Shown piece by piece: positions 35,640-47,164 of a stretch of 64,000 bases of DNA. The notes beneath the pieces were generated by a model. It was not told the origin of the DNA, made no database searches, and worked only from the letters and a program-made list of their open reading frames with translations. Position 1 is the stretch's first letter. Each line of letters starts with the position of its first letter. The stretch is from Heterodontus francisci. Its lineage: Eukaryota. A program made the translations under genes and the position numbers. The DNA lies in contig NC_090404.1 of the NCBI RefSeq assembly GCF_036365525.1, positions 13,110,550 to 13,174,549 on the forward strand, given 5' to 3'.

Positions 35640-36665
35640 TATGCCACCCAAATCCGTCCCTACCTTTCCCGTAACTCCATGTTTGATCCTTGCCAATCAG
35701 GTTTCCATCCCTGCCACAGCACTGAAACAGCTCGAATCCATGCCACAAAGGACATCCTCTGTGACTGTGGGACACTATCCTTCCTCATACTTCCTGACCT
35801 CCCAGTTGACACCACACCATCCTCCAAAGCCTCTCCTCCAAACCCAGTTAAGTGGCACTGACCTCACTTGGCTCCACTCAGATCTATCCAATCATAGCCA
35901 AAGAATCTCGAGCAAAGGCTTCTCTTCTCAACCCGTTACCGTTGGGAGTTTCCCAAGGATCTCTCGATGGCCCCTTCTATCCCTCATCTATCTGCGGCCC
36001 CTTGGTGCCACCATCTGAAGACATGACATCAGGTTCCACATGGACACTGATGACACCCATCTCTACCTCACCACCACCTCTCTTGACCCCCTCCAGTGTT
36101 TCAGTGTTGTCAGTCTGTTTGTCTATTCTAATGCTCTCTGACTGACCTCCACCCTGCTTAGACTTGAGCTCATCCAAACTCTGCTGCCTTTCACCCCAAC
36201 CATCACAAAGTCCCACTCATCCATCACTACTGTCCTCACTGACCTACAACGGCTCCAGGTCCACCAATGCCTCCAGCTTAAAATTCTCATCTCGGGTTCA
36301 AATCCCTTCAAGGCCTCACCCCTCCCTGTATCTGTAACCTCCTCCAGCCGTACAACCCTCAGAGAACTCTGCATTCCTCCAACTCTGGCCTCTTACACAT
36401 CCCTCACTCTCTCTGTCTCATTGGCTGTGCCTTCAGTCAGCAGCCCTAAGCTCTGGAATTCCCTCTCTATACCTCTCTGCCAGTCCACATCTCTTCTCCT
36501 TTAAGATCCTCCTAAAAACCTACGTCTTTGACAAAGCTTTTAGTCAGATCTCCTAATATCCCCTTCTTTAGCTCAGTGTCAATTTTTGTCTGATTTGTCA
36601 ATTTTAGCTTCTGAGACGCACTTTGGGAAGCTTTCCTACCTTAAAGGTGCAATGTAGTTGACAGT
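35640..36665 (+). mobile_element. L2 LINE 3' part (longest copy of the duplicated L2)
   Basis: FDPCQSGFHPCHSTETA motif continuing into the sequence shared with 13519 and 59855. Confidence 0.8.
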
Positions 36666-37154
36666 CGTTTTCAAACATTACAACAGACTGGGGAAGCTAT
36701 TAAAATAATATCTGGGCACACGGAGTTAGGTTGCAGATCAGCCATGATCTCATTGAATGACAGAACAGGCTAAATGGACGACTCCTGTTCCTATGTCCCT
36801 AATAAACTTGGCCTCAAACACAGCTGATGAATGGACAGTCATGGGAGAACTGGGGAGAAGGCAGTGCAACAGGAAACCAGCACTTGAGCAGAGTTATAGA
36901 GTGGGGGAAGTCTGGGGAGAAATTTCAGAGGAACTGGAGTAGGCCATTCAGCCCATCGAGCCTGCTGCACCATTCAATTAGATCCTGGCTGATCAATTAG
37001 TCACCACTCCCTTGAAGAAATCAAGATTTATTTGACATTTATCCAGAATATTAAATTCCAGCGTTTTCTTTTCAACAGAAAGAAACCCTCAACTGTTGGA
37101 ACGAACAGAGATTCAGCCCTGGGTGTAATTAACAGCAAAATCCAACCCCTGCAA

Positions 37155-37829
37155 TCACTTGCGAACTCGCTGATGTCTCAGCAGTTGTGATGATTTTGTG
37201 AATCCCTTCTCACTCAAGGAAGAAATGTACGGCCTCCCGTCTGTGTGAACTCGCTGGTGTTTCAGCAGGGTGGACGATCGATTAAATCCCTTTCCACAAA
37301 TGGAGCAGGTGAACGGCCTCTCTCCAGTGTGAATGCGTTGGTGTCTCAGCAGGAGGGATGCATCCATGAATCCCTTCTCACATACAGAGCATATAAACGG
37401 CCTCTCCCCGGTGTGAACACGCTGGTGTGTCAGAAGCTGAGATGAATTAGTGAATCCTTTCTCACACACTGAGCAGGTGAACGGCCACTCGCCAGTGTGA
37501 ACTCGCTGGTGTGTCAACAGGTGAGATGACTGAGTGAATCTCTTCCCACACAGGGAGCAGGTGAACGGCCTCTCCCCAGAGTGCACTCGCTGGTGGCTCA
37601 GCAGATGGGACGACTGAGAGAATCCCTTCTCACACACTGAGCAGGTGAACGGCCTCTCCCCGGTGTGAATGCGCTGATGTCTCATAAGTTTGGAGGCTTC
37701 AGTGAATCCCTTCCCACACACCGAGCAGGTAAACGGCCTCTCCCCTGTGTGACTGCGCCGATGAGTTTCAAGCTGGGATGGGTAACTGAATCCCTTCCCA
37801 CAGTCCCCACATTTCCACTCTTTCTCCAT
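37155..37829 (-). CDS. C2H2 zinc-finger protein F (224 aa; 7 intact fingers plus 1 degenerate)
   Basis: accATGg start ([14 protein letters not shown]) and TGERPF linkers, with no interruptions. Confidence 0.8.
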   Translation of the reverse strand: MEKEWKCGDCGKGFSYPSQLETHRRSHTGERPFTCSVCGKGFTEASKLMRHQRIHTGERPFTCSVCEKGFSQSSHLLSHQRVHSGERPFTCSLCGKRFTQSSHLLTHQRVHTGEWPFTCSVCEKGFTNSSQLLTHQRVHTGERPFICSVCEKGFMDASLLLRHQRIHTGERPFTCSICGKGFNRSSTLLKHQRVHTDGRPYISSLSEKGFTKSSQLLRHQRVRK

Positions 37830-38459
37830 GGTATGAGCGTCCCTGTGTCTCTCCAGCTTGGACAATCATTTGCAGCCTCACCCACACACAGAACATGTGT
37901 ACGGTTTCCCTCCACTGTGAACGATGTGATGTTTTTTCAGGCTGTCCAACGGGTTAAAGCTCTTTCCACAGTCAGTGCACTGGAACACTCTCACTCAGCT
38001 GTGTGTGTTTTTCCAGTTACACTGATATTTCAAACTTTTTTTTTTCCACAGACACAGCAGGCAAATATTTCTCCTTCCACAGATCATCAGATTCTGAGGA
38101 ATTCAGTGTCTCTGTCAGATCTTGACGTGACGTTTGGTTGAGTTTCCAGTCTGCAAATCGTCTCCTTCTTACACCCAGTAAAAGGAGTTTACAAAATTCA
38201 TCACTGTCAATACAGGATAGAAATTCAGAACAGGTAATTCTAGTTTCTGTGGAACATTTTTTCCTCTCTTGTTCCCCCAAAGCTGTAAATCCCCGTCCCA
38301 CACACTCTCCCTCCTCCCTGTGCTGAAATCCAAATCCATCGCACCATTTTTTTCCTCCACTGTCAGTTTTCTCCGTCCCTCTACTTTGGCTGGGTTCAGT
38401 TCTCCAGCCCCTGTGACAATCAAATCAATAAGTCAATGATTTTCTCTCCTGGTCACTGG

Positions 38460-39235
38460 GACCCGGAAGCCCCGCCCAGTCTGTGTCGTCACCAAGATGG
38501 CCGCGCATGCTCTCCTCGACGAGCTCAGCCGTGTTCCCAGGAAAAAGCCTCGGAGCTGCAAACGTGGGATCTGGAGGTTCGTATTCGGGGCTGACGGCCT
38601 ACACTATGTGTTTCTGAAGCCTCCTCGCCGGCTCCATTGCGCCTCGTGCCGACTCTCACTCCTGCAAAAACGTCGCCAGCACTCGCACAGATCGCAGTCT
38701 GATCAAAATGCAGTTGAGAACAGAAACCTAAAGCCCCGCCAACTCTGTTGTTTTAGTCACAGGATGGCCGCGCATGCGCTCCTCTGCACATTGCCCCCTA
38801 TAAAAATGGCGGTCGTTAATCCTGGCTCCATCACCGGGGATGCCCCGCAGGATACACACGTGACCCGCAATAGCTTTCTCTCTCAGCTGCTGCTGAGCCC
38901 CGCCCACTCAGTGTTCCTGCACTAAGGCGCTGTTAACCTGCGCCTGTTACCTGGAGAAGCCCCGCTCGGTGCAAATAGTGATGTGAAATAGTTTAGTTTA
39001 TAAATTGAATCCTGTTTCTCTCACTGTATTTCCCAACTGAGATTCATGACCTCATTTGTTTTCTTCCTCTGAGCCCCTGAACTCCCTCTGACAGGGTCAT
39101 GTTACCGAGAGCTGATTGATTGTCCTGGGAAGCAACAGGAAGAAGCTCAGAGGCCGGAGGGCCAAGGGAGCAGCGGCTTCTGGAAGCAATCGCGGCCTTT
39201 GAGGACTGCAACCTGAGGCTGTCAGTCAGGTGAGT
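38460..39235. promoter_or_regulatory. Candidate bidirectional CpG promoter between ZNF F (minus) and ZNF G (plus)
   Basis: GC-box/YY1/NRF1 module present twice (38465-38515, 38730-38785), aaaatggcgg near 38803, minus-strand donor near 38659, plus-strand donor cag|gtgagt at 39229/39230. Confidence 0.7.
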
Positions 39236-39389
39236 CAGTGTGAACCCCTGGCAAACTATTTATCATTTCAAAGTGAAATCAACGTTTCTTTTATCAACAA
39301 AACACTTCAACATTTGTCAGTATTTTGTTTTCCTGGAATTCCTATCCTGAGTTTCAGACACTTCAGTGCCAAGTGGACCAGGTGTATAA

Positions 39390-42300
39390 GAATCATTGAA
39401 TCATACAAATTTAAGGCACAGAAAGAGGCCACTTGGCCCATTGTGTCTGTGCCGGCCGAAAAATGAGCCACCCAGTCGAATCCCACCTTCCAGCATTTGG
39501 TCTGTAGCCCTGCAGTTAAGGCACTTGAGGTGCATATCCAGACTCCTTTTGAATGAGTTGAGGGTCTCTGCCTGTACTACCCTTTCAAGCAGTGAGTTCC
39601 AGACCCACACCACCCTCCGGTTAAAAGTTTTCCTCATCTGTCTAATCTTTTTACTAACCACTTTAAAGCTATGCCCCTACTCACTGACCTCTCTGCTAAG
39701 GTGAATAGACCCTTCACCTCCACTCTAACCAGGCCCCTCACAATTTTGTACATTTCAATCAGATCTCCCCTCAACCTTCTCTGTTCCAAGGAGAACAACC
39801 CCAGCCTATCCAATCTTTCCTGTTAGCTGCATTTCTCCGGTCCCAGAAACATCCTTGTAAATCTCCTCTATACCCTCTCTAGTACAATTACATCCTTTCT
39901 GTAATGAGGTGACCAGAACTGCACACAGTACTCAAGTTGTGGCCTAACCAATGAGTTATACAGTTCCAGCATAACCTCCCTGCTCTTATATTGTCTACCT
40001 GGGCTAATAAAGGAAAGGATTCCATATGTCTTCTGAACCACCTTATCGATCTGTCCTGCTATCTTCAGGGATCTATGGACATTCACTCCAAGGCCCCTCA
40101 CTTCAACTCTCCCGTTAATCATGTATTCCCTTGCCTTGTTTGATCTCCTACCTCTCTGGGTTGGATTCCATTTGCCACTTTTCTGCCCACCTGACCAGTC
40201 CATCATTATCTTCCTGCAGACTACAGTTATCCTCCTCGTTATCCACCACATGACCAATTTTTGTGTTGTCTGCAAACTTCTTGATCATGCCCCCTACATT
40301 TACATCCAAATCGTTAATTTATACCACAAAAAGCAGGCGACCCAGTACTGAGCCCTGCGGAACATCACTGGAAGCAGCTTTCCAGTTGCTAAAACACACA
40401 TAAACAAATACCCTTTTGTTTCCTGCCACTGAGCCAATTTTGTATCCAGTTTGTTACATTTCCCTGGATCCCATGGGCTTTTATTTTTTTAATTAGTCTG
40501 CCAAAGGAGGGCCTTGTCAAAAGCCTTGCTAAAATCCATGTAGACCACATCAACTGCACTACTCTCATCAATCTTCCTTGTTACTACTTCAAAAAATTTG
40601 ATCATTAGTTGGACAACATCTTCCCTTAACAAATCCATATTGACTATCCCAGATTAATCCATGCTCTTCTAAGTTATCCTGTCGCTCAGAAGGGATTCCA
40701 ATAATTTTCCCACTACTGAGGTTAGATTGACTGGCCTATAATTATTCGGTCTATCCTTCGCTCCCTTTTTAAATAGAGGTACATTGTTGGCAGTTCTCCA
40801 ATCCTCCAGCACCACACCTGTATCCAGTGAGGACTGGAAAGTGATGGTCAGGCTGTTTCCTCTCTCTTGCTGCTTTTAACAGCCTATGGTACATTTCATC
40901 TGGCCCTGATGATTTATCAACTTTCGAGGCTGCTAATCCCGTTAATACTTCCTCTCTCCCTATGTTTATCACATCCAATACTTCACACTCCTCCTCCTTA
41001 ACTACAATATCTGCATCGTCCCCCTTTTTTGTGAAGACAGACGCAAAGTATTCACCTTGCTTTCTTCAAACCTCTAGAGAATACAGGCCGTTTCCCCAAT
41101 CCCTCTTCATAGGACAGGCCTGCCATCCCGGGAACAAGTCTAGTGAATCTTTGTTGCACTCCCTCTATGGCAATAATATCCTTCCTAAGGTAATGGGGCC
41201 AAAACTGTACACAGTACTCCAAGTGCGATCTAACCAAGGTTCTATACAATTGAAGCAAGACTTCACTACTCCTGTACTCAAATCCTCTTGTGATAAAGGC
41301 TAATATACCATTAGCCTTCCTAATTGCTTGCTGCACCTGCATGTTAGCTTTCAGTAACTTATTGACAAGGAAACTCTGGTCCCTCTGTACATCTACACTT
41401 TCTAATCGCTTACCATTTAAGAAATACTCAGCACATCTGTTCCTCCCAAAGGGGATAACCTCACATTTTTCCACATTATATTCCATCTGCCATGTTCTTG
41501 CCCGCTCACTAAGTCTGTTCAAATCCCCTTGAAGGCACTTTGCAATATCTGCATCGTCTCCCTCTTTTGTGAAGACAGACATAAAGTATTCATTAAGAAC
41601 CATGCCAACATCTTCCGCCCCTACACATAGGTTACCTTTTTGGTCTTTTTCCTTTGTTACTTTTCCTCTTACGCTGAATGTATTGATAAAACATATTAGG
41701 GTTCACCTTGATTTTGTCTGCCAATATTCTTTCATGCCCTTTCTTAGCTTTCCTAATTTTCTTTTGGATTTCACCCCTTCACTTTCTATACTCCTCTCTG
41801 CTTTCTGTATTCTGGAGATCTCTGTGTCCGACATTCGCTTTCCCTTTCTGCTTTATGTTAAGTTGCAAGCTCCTTGACATCCATGGGGCTCTAGATTTGG
41901 CCCGTCCCACCTTTTTTTGTGGAAACGTGTTTTCTCTGAAGCCCTTGAATTTCCCCTGTGAATGCCTCTCACTGTTCTGACACTGATTTACCTTCAGGTA
42001 GCTGTTTCCGGTCCATTATCACTAAATCACTCCTCAGCTCAGTAAAATTTGCCTTTCCTCAATTGAGAACTCTAACTCCTGTTCTGTCCTTGTCTTTTTC
42101 CATAATTATGTGAAAACTGACTGAATTATGATCAATACCACCAAAATGCTCTCCCACTGCAACTCCTTCCACCCACCCAGCTTCACTTCCTAAAACTAAG
42201 TCTAAAACAGTGCCCTCTCTTGTTGGACTTGCTAGATACTGGCCAAAAAAAGTTCTTCTGAATGCAGCTCAAGAATTCTGTTCCCTCAATTACTTTCACA

Positions 42301-43720
42301 TTAAAACTGTCCCAGTTAATATTGGGGTAATTAAAATCCCCTACTATTACTGCCCTATTGTTCTTGCACTTCACAGATATTTGCCTGCATATCTGCTCTT
42401 CTATCTTCCTCTGACAGTTTGGGGATCTACAGTACACTCCCAGCAGCGTGAGTGCCCCTTTTTTGTTCCTTAGCTCAATCCATATGGCCTCATTACATGA
42501 ACCGGCGCAGTGGTTAGCACCACAGCCTCACTGCTCCAGCGACCCGGGTTCAAATCTGGGTACTGCCTGTGTGGAGTTTGCAAGTTCTCCCTGTGTCTGC
42601 GTGGGTTTCCTCCGGGTGCTCCGGTTTCCTTCCACAGCCAAAAGACTTGCAGGTTGATAGGTGAATTGGCCATTATAAATTGCCACTAGTATAGGTAGGT
42701 GGTAGGGGAATATAGGGACAGGTGAGGATGTGGTAGGAATATGGGATTCGTGCAGGATTAGTATAAATGGGTGGTTGATGGTCGGCACAGACTCGGTGGG
42801 CCGAAGGGCCTGTTTCAGTGCTGTATCTCTAAATCTAAAAAAAAATCTAAATATCATCCTTCCTCACAGCTGTAATTGTTTCTTTGACCAAAATTACCAC
42901 TCTCCCCTCCTTTCTTATTCCCTCTCTCTATCATGTGTGAAAACCCTGTAACCAGGAATGTTGAGCTGCCATTCCTGTCGCTCCTTAAGCCATGTTTCTG
43001 TAACGGCTATGATATCATACTGCCACATGTCTATCTGTGCGCTCAGCTCACCTGCTTTATTTGCTGTACTCCTTGCATTGAAACAGATACCCTTGAGCAC
43101 TGCCAAACTCTTTTTTTTTTTTTCTAACCTTTGTTTCCTCTGTCTTCCAGACTCATCCACTAATTTTCATCCTTCCATTTTCATTTCTAATTTTGTCCCA
43201 ATTGAGTTTACCCTCAGGACCCCATCCCCCTGTCAAACTAGTTTAAACCCTCCCCAACAGCACTAGCAAAATGTCCTCATTAAACTCTGTCCCGGCTCTG
43301 TTCAGGTGCAACCCATCCAGCCTGTACAGGTCCCATCTCCCTCAGAGCCGGTCCCAATGCCCCAAGAATCTAAAGCCCTCCAACCTGCACCAACTTTCCA
43401 GCCACACATTCATCTGTCTTATTCTTCTATCTTGATACTCACTTGTGCGAGGCACTGGGAGTAATCCGGAGATTACTACTTTTGAGGTACTGCTTGCTAA
43501 TTTCTTACTCAGCCCTAAATTCTGACTGCAAGACCACATCCCTCTTTCTACCTATGTTGTTGGTGCCAATGTGGACCACGACTGCTGGCTGTTCACCCTC
43601 CCCCCTCAGGATGCTCTGCAGCTGACCCTGGCATCAGGGAGGCAACACACCATCCTGTATCCATGTCTGTGGCCACAAACGCCTGTCTGTTCCCCTGACT
43701 ATCGAATCTCCTATCACTAT
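39390..43720 (-). mobile_element. Nearly full-length degenerate CR1 (ORF1 esterase plus ORF2 EN/RT) with nested insertions
   Basis: ORF1 KVVISGLLPVPR...WCRLEGFRFLGHWD; EN FNARS...IIAVTETWL and IVGDFNYPNINW; RT motifs. Extra CR1 piece at 41055-41542. Confidence 0.85.
42503..42835 (+). mobile_element. tRNA-derived V-SINE (HE1-like)
   Basis: A box ggcgcagtggttagc, B box gggttcaaatc, V domain gcgtgggtttcctccgggtgctccggtttcct, CR1-type tail gggccgaagggcctgtttcagtgctgtatctct. Confidence 0.88.
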
Positions 43721-43779
43721 CTGTGCTCATCTAATTCTAGCATCTTGTTTCTCCCTGATTTTTAATTGCTTCACCACTT

Positions 43780-44010
43780 GTGGCAGTGCTTTCAGTTGTC
43801 TGGGCCCTAAGCTCTGGAATTCCCTCCTTAAATCTCTCTGCCTCAATTTCCTCCTTTACGATGCTCGATTAAACCTCCCTCTTTGACCAAGCTTTTGGTT
43901 ATCTGACCTAATGTGGTTTGGTGACCAATTTTGCTTTATAACATTCCAGTGAAGTGCCTTGGAATGTTTTATTACATTAAAGACGCTATATAAATACAAG
44001 TTGTTGTTGA
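43780..44010 (+). mobile_element. L2 3' tail
   Basis: ggccctaagctctggaattccctc...gctatataaatacaagttgttgttg. Confidence 0.75.
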
Positions 44011-44640
44011 GGGCTGGATTCATTTGAGCAGAGGATGAGACACAGGTTCAGGTGGTGATAGACATCCTGGAGCATCATCGACCACCAATAATAATTATGT
44101 AACATATCGAGGACTCGAAATGGAAACGTGCCCCCAATTAGATACATAAACAAAATTAATTCTCTTCTGAGGCATAAAGTGTGACCCAAGTCAAGTTAAA
44201 CACATCCTTGTTTACAAAACCTCATCATGTAGGACGAGTGAGTCCTCACTTGGTGTGAGAGACGAGGGAAAGTCTTTCCCGTGGTGTACGGCCTCTTTGA
44301 CTATAGCCACACCAGGGTCGGTGTCCTGATAGGTTATTAAATCAGGTATAACTGGAGTCTGCCGTACCAGTGCTAGTGATTGTGCTTTGGGTGGATCCCA
44401 TTGTATCCTCTCCATAGCAGCTTTCCTGGTGAGTAAGTCTGCCTGGTTATTACCGTCACCCTCTTCACTAACTCCTGTTCCTGATCTACCTTCACCTTCC
44501 AAACAGCAATTTGTCCTGGACACTTCCCAGCAATATCCCAGATCGTTGGGAGTGGTGGGTGAGTGGTTTCCTTTCTGCTGTGGAGAAGCCATGTTTTTGC
44601 CAGAGAGGTAGATATTCTGTGAGGGAATTACAACCAAAGG
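44010..44640 (-). mobile_element. Second, shorter copy of the retrovirus-like RNaseH/integrase N-terminal fragment
   Basis: GNNQADLLTRKAAME...YYWWSMMLQDVYHHLNLCLI; aligns with 18880-20075. Confidence 0.8.
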
Positions 44641-44850
44641 AGCTGTCAGAATAGATGGTGATTCTGTCAGTAATGGTTTAAGGGCTGTGAGCCAGTTGGA
44701 TTTTTACAACATTCTGGCAGTTTTCACGGCCATTTTCTGGTGTCGGCCTCAAAATTTACTAGATTCATTCAGCTCAATTTCACAACCTGCTTTTGTGGGG
44801 GTTTTCATTCTCTCATGCTCCCTTTTCCCTTTTTAAAATTAATTTTGCAG

Positions 44851-45682
44851 GTATTAGAAGAAGGGGAGGATTCACAGACGGGGAGCTGAAACCAAACATC
44901 ACTTCAACATCTGACAGTCATTCACTTCATCAGGATGTGAATATCATCAGCCATTGAACAGAGAGTCATAGAGAGATGCAGCACTGAAACAGGCCCTTCG
45001 GGCCACCAAGTCTGTGCCGACCATCAACCACCCATTTATACTAATCCTACATTAATCCTACATTAATCCCATATTTCCTACCACCTACCTACACTAGGGG
45101 CAATTTACAATGGCCAATTTACCTATCAACCTGCAAATCTTTGGCTTTGACATGGAAGGGAAAAGCACCGTTCACAGTGGGGAGAAACTGTATACGTGTT
45201 CTGTGTGCGGACGAGGCTACAGCCATTGATCTGGTCTATCAAGGCACAAGCACAGTCACACTGGGGAGAAACTGTGTAAATGTGGGGACTGTGGGAAGGG
45301 ATTTAGTTACCCATTTGAGCTGGAAATTCACCAGCGCATTCACACTGGGGAGAGACCGTTCACCTGCTCAGTGTGTGACAAGGGATTCACTGATGTCTCT
45401 GCCCTGCTGAAGCACCAGCGAGTTCACACAAATGAGAGACCTTTTAAGTGCCCAGATTGTGGGAAATGCTATAAAAGTTCTGGGGAACTGGCGTATCATC
45501 GTGTTCACACTGACGGGAGACCGTTCAGGTGCTCCCACTGCGGGACTGGGTTCAGGTGATCAGTTAACCTCACTGTACACCAGCGGAGTCACACTGGGGG
45601 GAGGCCATTCATCTGCTCTGTGTGTGGGAAGGGTTCCACTCGGTCATCCCACCTGCTGAGATACCAGCGAGTTCACAAGTGA
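44851..45682 (+). pseudogene. C2H2 ZNF G, disrupted (paralog of E)
   Basis: Acceptor ttttgcag|g, SINE insertion, ATG near 45151 ([12 protein letters not shown]), frameshift near 45225, stop at 45557. Confidence 0.8.
44960..45145 (-). mobile_element. 5'-truncated V-SINE inserted in the ZNF G exon
   Basis: Reverse complement of the SINE 3' half, flanked by ttgaaca/tttgaca. Confidence 0.8.
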
Positions 45683-45954
45683 CTGCAGGGTTTGGATTCT
45701 GCTCTGATTGCTGTTGATAACATCCAGGACTGAACTATGTTCATTCTGACATAGAAATCATAGTCATGGAAATTTACAGCACAGAATGAGGCCATTCAGC
45801 CCATTGTGTCCATGCTGGCCAACTAGTAGCCATCCAGCCTAATCCCAATTTCCAGTTGTTGGTCTGTAGCCCAGTAGGTTATGGCACTTCAGCTGCATAT
45901 GCAAGTACTTTTTAATGTTATCATGGTTTCTGCCTCTACCATCCTGTCAGACAG

Positions 45955-46925
45955 TCAGGTTTGTTTCTGCTGGTGTTAAACTCCAGCCCAGTTATAGGGA
46001 TTATTAATATTCTGGGAAACTGAAATATATCAGCTGTGTTTTAAACACATTGTTGTAGATTTTTGTCTTTCCCACCTGAGTGTTTGGCATCAGCTGGCTG
46101 GAGCTCAGAAAGGACAATCTGGGGGGAGGATCGTACGGCAGGAACAGAACTTCAGCCTGGACACAGTCCTTCAGAGTCACATTGAGAGGGACAAACGGCA
46201 CTTTGGTCTTTCTCGTCTCTCTTCACTGACAGCAAAGTCCCCGTGTGGGTTAATCCTGAGATGTGTAAGAAATGTGTCCCAGCCGCTCTCTTCCATGGTT
46301 CAGAGCTCCGAGGCACAGAACAGAAGGCTCTTTTACAACTGTGTTTAGAGTCAGGAAGAACAACAGTGAATGCTGGAAACGTGCTGTCAAATCAGAGACT
46401 GATGTAAAACTGTGATCTGTTCCTGACTGAAAGTGAAGGGCGGCGCAGTGGTTAGCACCGCAGCCTCACAGCTCCAGCGACCTGGGTTCAATTCTGGGTA
46501 CTGCCTGTGTGGAGTTTGCAAGTTCTCCCTATGTCTGCGTGGGTTTCCTCCGGGTGCTCCGGTTTTCTCCCACATGCCAAAGACTTGCAGATTGATAGGT
46601 TAATTGGCCATTATAAATTGCCCCTAGTATAGGTAGGTGGTAGGGAAATATAGGGACAGGTGGGGATGTGGTAGGAATATGGGATTAGTGTAGGATTAGT
46701 ATAAATGGGTGGTTGATGGTCGGCACAGACTCGGTGGGCCGAAGGGCCTGTTTCAGTGCTGTATCTCCAAAACTGAAAAACTGAAACGGCAGGTTTAAGT
46801 TTACAGTCTGAAAATTACTGTTAATACTATGAAGATTTAACATGGCAGATCTGAGTCCACTATTGTAATGCAACTTTAAAATAAATTGGTTAAAACCTGC
46901 ATAAAAATAGCAGATTGAGGAGTTC
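45955..46925 (+). repeat. ZNF-associated 3' conserved element, copy C (split by a SINE)
   Basis: Aligns with A, B and D; resumes at about 46780 (tgaaacggcaggttta). Confidence 0.85.
46438..46770 (+). mobile_element. Full-length V-SINE (HE1-like)
   Basis: Same structure as 42503-42835; absent from copies A, B and D of the host element. Confidence 0.9.
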
Positions 46926-47164
46926 AGGAGCAGCAGCCGGAGCCAGGAAGTGAGTGTGGGGACAGCACAGGACTGAACTGCAGGCAGGCAGCTCCGCAGC
47001 ACTTTAAGCAGGGAGAATGGGTCAAGACCACAATTAGAGAGCACAGCAGTTTGTACCTAGGGGACGGGGGAGCAGGGCAACTGGAGCCCAACTGACTGCA
47101 AATGGTTTGAAATAAAACTGATTTTATTAGAGAGTTTGGATCTTCAGTGCATTCTAGATCACTG

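Noticed and set aside
37665-38141. Antisense and shifted-frame ORFs over ZNF arrays (also 4283-4567 and 31630-31866)
   Set aside because: These are by-products of repetitive finger codons.
38497-38925. ORFs across the CpG promoters (also 51651-52242 and 62349-62745)
   Set aside because: GC-rich, stop-poor sequence; frames are not conserved among the paralogous promoters.
46438-46510. tRNA genes at SINE heads (also 42503, 54232 and 4955)
   Set aside because: The A/B boxes run into SINE or LINE bodies, and no complete cloverleaf or terminator is evident.
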